Below are positions 29,888 through 38,900 of a stretch of 64,000 nt of DNA, in pieces (position 1 is the first letter of the stretch; every line of letters begins with the position of its first letter). Under the pieces are notes generated by a model. That model had not been told where the DNA came from. It searched no databases and was given only the letters and a program-made list of their open reading frames with translations. Both the position numbers and the translations under genes were made by a program. The stretch comes from an uncultured archaeon (GTDB lineage Archaea; Iainarchaeota; Iainarchaeia; Iainarchaeales; GCA-2688035). The DNA lies in contig CAYHBD010000035.1 in NCBI GenBank assembly GCA_964354805.1, forward strand, positions 1 to 64,000, read 5' to 3'.

Positions 29888-30538
29888 TTGCAGGAAGAGA
29901 ATTTCCAAATACTCCTGTTTCTAGCTGAGAAGGGAGGGCTGCATTCCGCCATCAGAATCAGCACAGCCAAAATTGCCCAGCATTTCGGCATTTCGCAGCA
30001 GAGCGCCAGCAGAAAGCTGCGCTTGCTTGCAGCAGACAATTTGATTTCGCTGAGCGCAACTCCTGCAGGCAGCAGGGTGCAGCTGACAGAGCAGGGCATT
30101 GCCTTATTGAAAAATCGCTTTGTTGAATTGCAGCAGTTGTTTGAAAAAAAGAAGGCAAGCGCTTTGGCTGGAACAGTTAAAATCGGCTTGGGCGAGGGAA
30201 AGTATTATGTTTCGAAAAAGCCTTATTTGGCACAGTTCAAGAAATTGCTTGGCTTTGTCCCCTTCTTTGGAACGCTGAATCTGATTGTTGGCAGGGAAGA
30301 ACTAAATTCTTTCCTCGCTGGCATGCAGCCGATTTTAATAGAGGGTTTTGAAACAAGGGAAAGAAGCTTTGGCCCAATCAAGGCATTCAAGGCAATGGTT
30401 GAAGGCAAGCAGCAGGCTGCAATAATTTTCCCTGAGAGAAGCACGCACCCTGAAAACGAGATTGAAGTGATTGCGCCAATAAATCTGCGGAAAAAATTCG
30501 GATTAAGGGAAGGCAGCAAGGTGACAATTTTGCAATAG
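29888..30538 (+). CDS. ribK: CTP-dependent riboflavin kinase with N-terminal winged HTH (RbkR-like)
   Basis: HTH STAKIAQHFGISQQSASRKL; kinase motifs GLGEGKYYV, PFFGTLNL, PERSTH, IEVIAP.NLR. Confidence 0.93.
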   Translation: MQEENFQILLFLAEKGGLHSAIRISTAKIAQHFGISQQSASRKLRLLAADNLISLSATPAGSRVQLTEQGIALLKNRFVELQQLFEKKKASALAGTVKIGLGEGKYYVSKKPYLAQFKKLLGFVPFFGTLNLIVGREELNSFLAGMQPILIEGFETRERSFGPIKAFKAMVEGKQQAAIIFPERSTHPENEIEVIAPINLRKKFGLREGSKVTILQ

Positions 30539-30676
30539 CCTGAGCCTAAAAAAAATCAAAACTAAAAGAAACAAGCAATCACAAATTAGCCAAAGCTGAG
30601 AAGAATATTCAAATTAAAGGAAGGCGGCAAGTTACAATTACACAATAAAGTGTTTCCCAAAGAAAGCCGGCAATAA

Positions 30677-31531
30677 CTACGGCGCCTCTACTTTTGCCCA
30701 TTTAGGTCTTCTTTTGATTATGCCCCTGTCAATAGCCCCTTTCACAACCTGGTCATCTTCCTTGTATCCTTCCCTGAACTGCTTCAGAATGCCTGTGATT
30801 TCGCCTTGGAACCGCAGCCATGCCTTGCTAACTGCATCATTGTAGATTGCAATATGCTCGCCCCTGTTATCCGGCCTTACAGCGCCTGTTTCAACCTTTT
30901 GCCTTAATTCGCCTGCAGCAGCCCGCATGCTGTTTTCAAGGCGTTGGTGAGCTTCCTGCATTCGCCTTTCAACACCGCTTTCATTGCGCCAAGCAGCTGC
31001 CGCTGCCATTCTTCTTCCCTCTTTTCTGGAAGCAAAAATTCCAGGCTGCTTTAAAACCCTTTCACCTTGCCCAGTTGGTACTTCCCCTTTTTGCTTTCTA
31101 AAAATTTTGCCCAATAATTTTAAAGGATGCAGAATAAGCCAGCCTTCATAGCCCCCGAAAACCAATTTTGATTTATTTGGGTGCCTAACCAAAGGCCACA
31201 GCTTTGAAGTTCTTTCCACCTTGGGAAGCTGAGGAAACCCACCCATGAATTTCCGGGCTTCCAGCAGCTTTGCATCAATTTCTCTGCCCAAAAGATTGAA
31301 ATCAATCAATGGACCTGTTGGGCCAGGCGCTGGCGGTGGCACGGCAGGAACATGAATGTGGTGCTCGCTGCCCTCAACCGTTACGTGCTCTGCTCCACCA
31401 CCTTCGTGGATTGTGAACCTGTCAGGCTCCCTGAAAATACCATATCTGCTGCCCTGTACGCCAATCCTGCCTCTTTGCCCTGGCACTGTTGCAATTAAGG
31501 GCATTCTATTGCGCCTTTGTGCTCTAGCCAT
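30677..31531 (-). CDS. Hypothetical basic protein with N-terminal VPGQRG...FTI domain, Pro-rich linker and helical C-terminus
   Basis: 284 aa; GAGGTG SD-like sequence upstream; N-terminal motif shared with the next small ORF. Confidence 0.75.
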   Translation of the reverse strand: MARAQRRNRMPLIATVPGQRGRIGVQGSRYGIFREPDRFTIHEGGGAEHVTVEGSEHHIHVPAVPPPAPGPTGPLIDFNLLGREIDAKLLEARKFMGGFPQLPKVERTSKLWPLVRHPNKSKLVFGGYEGWLILHPLKLLGKIFRKQKGEVPTGQGERVLKQPGIFASRKEGRRMAAAAAWRNESGVERRMQEAHQRLENSMRAAAGELRQKVETGAVRPDNRGEHIAIYNDAVSKAWLRFQGEITGILKQFREGYKEDDQVVKGAIDRGIIKRRPKWAKVEAP

Positions 31532-31567
31532 TTTTCGAACACCTCAAAAAAAATCAATGAAAAAAAT

Positions 31568-31747
31568 TCATCTATAGATTACTTTTGGTTTTTTGGGCGG
31601 CCTTTTTATTGTGAATGTATCGGCTTCTCTTGTAATTCCCCATTTGCTTCCCTTAACATGACCCCAGCCTCTTTGGCCTGGCACGCTAAAAGCTGGCACT
31701 GGCTTTTTTTTCTTTGCCAATCTTCCTATTGGTCTTCTTCCTGGCAT
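31568..31747 (-). CDS. 59-aa basic protein, a stand-alone copy of the VPGQRG...FTI domain
   Basis: GGAGGTG SD before MPGRRPIGRL; VPGQRGWGHVKGSKWGITREADTFTI aligns with VPGQRGRIGVQGSRYGIFREPDRFTI. Confidence 0.75.
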   Translation of the reverse strand: MPGRRPIGRLAKKKKPVPAFSVPGQRGWGHVKGSKWGITREADTFTIKRPPKKPKVIYR

Positions 31748-31900
31748 TCCTTTTACACCTCCGGATTGTTGCACTAATTGCTTATTGAATAATTGTATTT
31801 TCCGTTGTTTTTAATCCTTTCGAATTAAAAGAATCAGTGAAAAAATAGTGTTCACATCTACATCGACGGGTCTGGGGGTGCTGTTTTCAATAGAATTTAT

Positions 31901-32716
31901 TCAAGTGTACATCGGCGCTTCGGGCTGTGTTTCCAGGGGATGCGGTTCGCTGCTGACTTCCTTCAGCTTCTGCAAATGCTCAACCAGCGCTTTTTCCGTT
32001 TCCTTTGCTTCCTGCTGCAGTGGCTTTACGTCAATGCTCAAGCCAAGCATTTCATTCAGTTTCTCTATAACAGCGGCAGCTGCCTGGTAGTCTGCGGCAA
32101 TGTGCACGTTTCCAAGCAGGCTGAATGCCTCGATTGCCCTGTCCTTGAATTCAAGCATCATCAAAGCAGTTACCCCGCTGGTAATGCCCTCCTTAATTAT
32201 TTCAATGTTATAATCTTTCAGAATCTTTTTGCTGTCGTTGTCAGAGGCAATCCCGTAAATTTTTTCAGTTCCATCCTTTTCAGGCATTGCCCTTATGCCG
32301 CTCAGGCTAATAACACGCTTTATTTTCTTTCTCTGAATCCAGTCAGCAATTGCCTTGCCAAGCCTGTCGGTAAATACCTGGGGAACAATCTGCTCTGAAA
32401 CAAGCAAAACCAACTTGTTCTTTTTGTCAATATAGATTCTCGTTGGATGCACAGGCAAGCCCTCGTGCACTCTCACGATTGGAACAAAAATGCTTGAATC
32501 AATAAAGCCGACCTCCTGCAGCTGCAGCTTTTCGCTCAAAAACTTTGTCGCAATGGTTCCAACCAGGCCCATTCCCGGAAACCCTTCCACAAGAGTAAAG
32601 CCATTCAAATCAACTGGCCTCTTCTCAACAAAATCTATTTCAACATCGCTGGCAAAAGGCCTTGCATTCCTTTGGGCAACCGTCGCATTCTTTGCATTTT
32701 TAGGCATATCAACCAT
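31901..32716 (-). CDS. PAC2-family proteasome assembly chaperone (PbaA/PbaB-like)
   Basis: LVEGFPGMGLVGTIA, HPTRIY, GITSGVTALMM, DYQAAA; C-terminal HbYX motif M-Y-T. Confidence 0.9.
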   Translation of the reverse strand: MVDMPKNAKNATVAQRNARPFASDVEIDFVEKRPVDLNGFTLVEGFPGMGLVGTIATKFLSEKLQLQEVGFIDSSIFVPIVRVHEGLPVHPTRIYIDKKNKLVLLVSEQIVPQVFTDRLGKAIADWIQRKKIKRVISLSGIRAMPEKDGTEKIYGIASDNDSKKILKDYNIEIIKEGITSGVTALMMLEFKDRAIEAFSLLGNVHIAADYQAAAAVIEKLNEMLGLSIDVKPLQQEAKETEKALVEHLQKLKEVSSEPHPLETQPEAPMYT

Positions 32717-32996
32717 TCACTGCTAAATTAAAAGACTAAAGTGGTTTAAAATGGTTTCTATTCGGGCAACAGCAGGTTGGGTAATGTTTAAATAGCACTT
32801 TACCCTTTGTTTAAACTGAAGCCCTCTTTCCATTCGCAAGGGCTTTAAATTTTCATTTATATAAACATTAATATATTAGTTGAAACAGAAATATTAATTA
32901 GGCATAGTAATAAAGTTAATGGAAAATTTGGCTGCAAAAATTTAAAGAAAATTAATTGGAACCAAAAAAAAGAATATTGGAAAAAGTGAACAGAGC

Positions 32997-35900
32997 ATGT
33001 TTTCTGAAAAGCTGAGCAGGATTTACACTGGCTTGGAAGAGCGCTATTACGCTTTGCTGGATTTTTTGGACGCAAGGGGAGTGCCTGTTTACAAATACAA
33101 CGATTTTTTGGAATCAAAGGGAATGCCTGCTTTCCCGATAACTATTGCCCTGATTGTTTTAATCATTGCCGCGATTTACGGGATTTTTTTCATCGGGAAC
33201 ATGATAAACCCGAGCGTTACCATCAGCTTCCAAGACCAGTTCAACGAGACGGTTGCAGGAGTGCAGGTAAGCGTTAAGGATGCAGCCGGAAAAGCTGTTG
33301 CATCAACGAAAACAATTGCCTCTGGTGAAAGCATTCAATTGCAGGGCATTGCAATAGGCTCAAAGCTTGTGGTGAGCGCAAGCAAAGAGGGCTATGATAC
33401 AGCCGAAGAGGAAGTAACGGTTGTCAAGGAAAAAATACCTTTGTCAATGCAGTTGACGAAACAAATCAAGGAAATTGCCGTTGATTTGCAGGCTGTTGAC
33501 GAGGAAACAGGAGATGCAGTAAAGGGCGCAGCTATTCAGCTTGAATGGCAGGGCGTTACAAGAACAGGCACAACTGATGCCGCAGGAAAAGCGCATTTCA
33601 CCGGCATTCCGGAAGATATGCCTGTGACAGTAAAGGTCCAGGCAGACGGCTATGAACAGGTGAATACAACAAAAAGCTTTGTGGAGAATGAGCTTGCAAC
33701 AATTGAATTGAGCGCTGACAGCGCTGCACTTGCAGGAATAACAAAATTGATTGTTTCAGTTGAAGATGAGCAAGGCACGCCGATTGAGGGAGCGAAAATA
33801 ACGATAATGGATAAAAGCAATGACACGGTGATTGCGGAAAGAACTATTGCCGAAAGCGAAACCCTGTTTGATGTAACAAATGGAACGAGCGTCAGGCTCA
33901 TTGTCCAGAAAGACGGCTTTCTGCGCTATGACAGCCTGCAGAGCGGCGAGAGCAGGACACTGCGGTTGCTGGAAGAGGAGTGGCCTGTTATTCTGCTTAA
34001 AGGCGGCAATAAATTAAGCGTAATTGTGGTTGCAGGGCAATTCCCTTTAAGCGATGCAACAGTCCAGCTTTTTGATTTGAACAGCAACCTTATTGAAAGC
34101 GCAATAACTGATTTTGCTGCTGAAGCCGAATTCACAAATTTGCAGCCTGAACAATATTTTGTAACAGCTTACAAGATCGGATTTTTGCCGGCAAGGGACC
34201 AGGTGAATATTGCTGAAACAGAAACAGCAACAATCAGCTTGCGAACAGCTGATTTGAACAACAGCGCTTACCTCGGCATCTCGGTTTTTGATTCATACAG
34301 CGCTGCCGCAAACAACGCTGACTTGTTCTTTTTTGAAAAAGTTGCAGGCAATGAACTGCCTTTGGGCATACCGCCAATGAAAACAGACATTACAGGCTAT
34401 GCCGCAATAAAGCCTGCAATCAGCTCAACTGTTGTAGTGCACGCTAAAAAGGATTTGCAGGAAGGCAGCGGGGAAAAATTAATTGAAGCAAACAAGGAAA
34501 ACCAGATGGTTATTGAATTGAGCAAGCCTTTGACTGTTGTTGAACTGCAGATTGTTGACAAGGACGGCCTGCCTGTCAGCGGAACTGCCTTGATTGAAAC
34601 AGTCAGCGGAGAACTGCTGTTTGACGGGAACATAACTGATGGAAGGGTTTACTTTGATGCAATGGGAAACAAGGAAATAAATCTTACAGTTACAACAGAT
34701 GATGGCCAGACATTCAGCCAGCAGGTCGACATTGAGGGAAAGGAAACAGTGAAGGTAACTCTTGGAGAGCAGAACGATGAGCTTGCGCCTACAGTGAATT
34801 TTTTGGGAATATTCAATGAGAATGATGAGCTTGTTGAAGGCATTACGCCAGCAAATTTTTATTGGGCGAAATTTGAAATCAATTGGCCAAGCGGCTTGTC
34901 AAAAGGCGGCTTTCACGCAAGGATTGGCAGCGATGACAGCGCTTTTGTTGATTCGCAGCCTGTTGGCATTGTTGGGTTTGATGCAACAACAGGCAGCTAT
35001 TTCTTCGGGAAAAGCTTCCAGCCATTGCCTTTGCCTGGAAACGAGGCAGCTGACAAGCAGAACACTGGCTCGGCAGGGCAATTCAATAAATTTGTTGAAC
35101 TGTATTTCACCCAGCCACAGAATACGACTGTTGTAAGGGTGAAAATAAAGGCAAGGGAATCAATTACAGCAGACAGCGTTGAATTGCATTTCAGGGCATG
35201 GAGCGAAGCAGGCGAAAAATTCTACAGGCAGCCTGCTGATGCTGAATTGGGCAATGAGCTGTTCTCATCCAACAAAACAGCTTTGTATGCTGAAACAACG
35301 GATGAAACAATAAATGTTTTCAGCAGCGATGCCGTCTGCGAGAAAGAATTGTGCGCTTCCTACTTCTTTGTCCTGCCAAACGGATTGTTTGTTGAAAGGC
35401 AGCAATTCACGCCTATGACGGAAGAATTGTATGCCCTGGAGATTGACCTGAAAGCAAGCAAGGCATTGGATGCAACAATAAAACTGGACACTGACAAGGC
35501 AAATCCATTGCTTTACTTCACTGGATATGAGGTTGACAACTTTTTGGACCAGCCTACAACAGTGGAAGCGCTTTCATCGCAGACTGATTTGAGCGGGCAG
35601 GGCTATATTGATTGGGCTGCGGGAGATGCCACAGCGCAAACAAGCAGCAATCCTCTCGGCTTTAAAGCAGGAGAGGGCAGCACTGAAACAAGCATTACGT
35701 TCACTGTCAGCATTGCAGAAGGCCAGGGCAGAAAAATAAGGGTTTACTTCAGGCCGTTTGCAGCAGGCAAGGCAAGCATCAAAAGCCAGGCTGTTGCAGA
35801 GGCTGTTGTCCTGAACGAGGAATTCAATTTCAACATTGAGCAGCAAAAATTCCTGCTGCTAAGCGTTTCACCTGAAGAGGTAAGCGTTGGCCAGGATTTC

Positions 35901-38900
35901 ACTATAACAGCAATAGACAAAGATAATGGAGAGGACGTGCAGAATGCGGTAATTCGCCTGCAGGACAGCAAGGGAAAGGACGCTGCTGTAATTGTTGGCA
36001 GCGGTGCAACGAGAAAAGGATTGCAGGGAGAGTACTTTTTCAAAAACAGCTTTAATCCGGGAATATATAAAGCAGTTGCAAGCGCAGCAGGATATGCAAC
36101 AGCTGAACTGGAAATTGTGATTGCAAGGGACGGCCTGCTTTCAATCAAAAGCCCGATCACGATTAATATTGCAAAGGGGGAAAGCAGCAAAAGCGTTACA
36201 GCTGCATTGAGGAACACAGCGAAAGAGGAAATTAACGCAATCTCTTACGAACTGGAAAAAGAATCTGATTTCCCGGAGGAATTCGCTGTTTCAGCTCAAA
36301 TTCCACCAACAATCAGCGCAGGCAAGGACGATGTTGCAAGCATCAGCGTGAATCTTGAATTGGGCGAAGAAAGCAGTGAAAGCCTTTACGGAGAGGCTGA
36401 TTTGATTATAAAAGGAATGGCGGCAGGCAACTATCCAACCAAAACAAAAGCAAAGCTGATAATTAACTACAACAAGCAGCTTGATGCAGACTGCCTGAAA
36501 TTCAATACACAGGAGGTTTTAATCAGATTAATCGGAACAGCAGGCAGCAGCGCTTCCGAGGAAGTGGAAATAGAAAACACCTGTGAAACAGGGCTTTCAT
36601 TTAGCGTGAAAGTAAAGGAACAGGAAGCTGACCCGAACTTAAGCGTGACAGTGCAGAACCTGCAGATTGAAAAAGACGCAACAGAAAAAATGCTAATAAC
36701 AGCAAGCAACAGGATTGACAGGCTGTATTCAATGCAGGAAAGAAGGCACTTCACTATTGCACTTGAATCGCCGCAGCTTGCAAAAAGCATCCAGCTTACT
36801 GTTGAACTGTGGAACCCGAGCTTCAATTTAAGCTATCCGCCAACGCTTGCACTATGGCTTGCGAGGCAGGCTGCAGAAGAAAGCTCTTATTCGCAGATGC
36901 CATTGCAGCCGGCAGGTGGAATGGCTTACGCCCAAGCTCCATTGCAGATAATGAACAATGGCTTTGCGCCAATAACAGCTTTCAGGGCGGCTGTTGAGGA
37001 TACATCATACAGGCGCTTTGGCATAACAGCAGACATAAGGCCATATGCAATTCAAGGCATTAATCTGCAGGCAAACCAGGCACTCTCGCCAATGCGCTAT
37101 GTTTACGCCGAAACAAGCAAAGCAGAAGCATTGAAAGAGCCTGCGCAGGGATACATTTACTTCACCGGAGTTGTAATGGGGCACCAATACCCTGACTTGG
37201 GCAGAACAATGGTTTCAGTAAATTACACAGGCACGCAGTGCCTGAAAGCAACAGCCGGGCAAAGCCTGCTTTTCTCCAGCAAAAAAGCTGAAACAATTCT
37301 GGAAAAAGAAATAAAGCTGAAAAATGAATGCGGCGAACAAATCAGGATTATTGGAACAGTAAAGCCAGGCAAAATCGGCGGCAATGCATTCATGCTTTTC
37401 CCAGCGAATGTAACGCTTGCGCCAGGGCAGGAAAGCAATTTTGCCTTGCGCTTGATAGGCAGCCAGGAAATGGACAGGGCAGTCAAGCTCAGGGCAATTG
37501 GACTGCTTGTAGCGCAAGGCAAGACAATTGAATCAAACGACCTGGATGCAACACTGAAATTAGGCGAACTGATTGCAACAACAGAGGGCAAGGCAACGCA
37601 GAAAATAAGCATTAAAGCATGTGAAACAGATACAACAAAACAGCTGAGCTTCCCTGTGCTGAGCAGCGATTGCGCGCAGGGATACTGCGATGCAAAGCAG
37701 CTGGCAGCTTACATTATTAATAAAGCTGATGATTTGGTCAAGGTTGCAAAAGACAAAATAGCCAGGGCAAAGAGCCAGACAGCAGGCAGCAGCTGCGCTG
37801 CGCCTGAAAGAACACACTGCACTTTTGACGAAATCGGCGTATCAGAAGAAATGTTCCCTGTTTTCGTGCAATTGGATTTGCTGGATTATGGAACTCTGCT
37901 GCAGCAATTGCGTGAAAAAAGCAAAACAGAATTGAAAGGATATGATGTAATGCAGCAGGCACTGAACCTGGAAGACATTGGCAATGTCGGCTTCAGGTTT
38001 GGAAACATTTACCTTGCAAAAGAATTCAGGGGATGCGGGAAATACTATGTTGAAATAAAAGGCGCCGTGCCTGCATCGCAGGGCGAAATAATTACGGACG
38101 AAAGCGGAAGAAACTTTGCCATAGCAATAAACATGAAACAAGACAGGGCTGACACAGACCAGTGCCTGCACAGGGTTGAGAATGTTGCAAACTTTTTGCC
38201 ACTGGACGAAGGATACACTCTCACAACAGACACAACAGCCTGGCCAGGCTTTGTCCAAGGGAGCAGCGAACAATTTGGAGAATTGCCGAAAATGTTTGCA
38301 ACCCAATTGTTCAAAAGCCCGGAAGGAAGATATGCTGCAAGCATAACAAAAAGCAACAGATTGGTTTTAGTAAAAGGGAACACAGGCCAGGGGCTGCTGA
38401 AGATAAGGATTGAAAAGTCAGGCAGCGCTGATGCGCCAAAAACAGTTTATGCGCACGTGCCTGACAACTTCAATGCAGCGGACAAAGAAATGGCAACCAG
38501 CATTGCAAACGCTTTGGGCACATTCAAGGCATATGCTTTCAGCGAAAGCGACTGCTGGGGCGAGGATGAAACAGGGCAGTACATTGTAATGAAAAGCAGC
38601 AAGGACATGGAAAAGCTGTACGGCAAGCTTGCATTGGACGGGGAAAAGGCAATCAAAATAAATTCGCAGGAGCAGTGCATTGACTTTAATGTGACAACAG
38701 GCGCAAGGGAAGACATCCAATTCGAAACAGACTTTGGCGAAAAAACAAAAGCAGGGATTGAGTATGTTGCAATTTATTTAAAGGGAAAAAGTGAAAAGGA
38801 AAAGAGCGCCGTTTTGCTGAAAGAGTCAGCCAACGGGAAAACCGAGAAAAGCATTTTGAAAAAAGACCAATTGAAAGAAACAACAGCGGAAAAAGAAGGC

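Noticed and set aside
32760-32850. Possible structured ncRNA upstream of giant 1 (AAGCCCT...AGGGCTT stem)
   Set aside because: One short stem with no recognisable family features.
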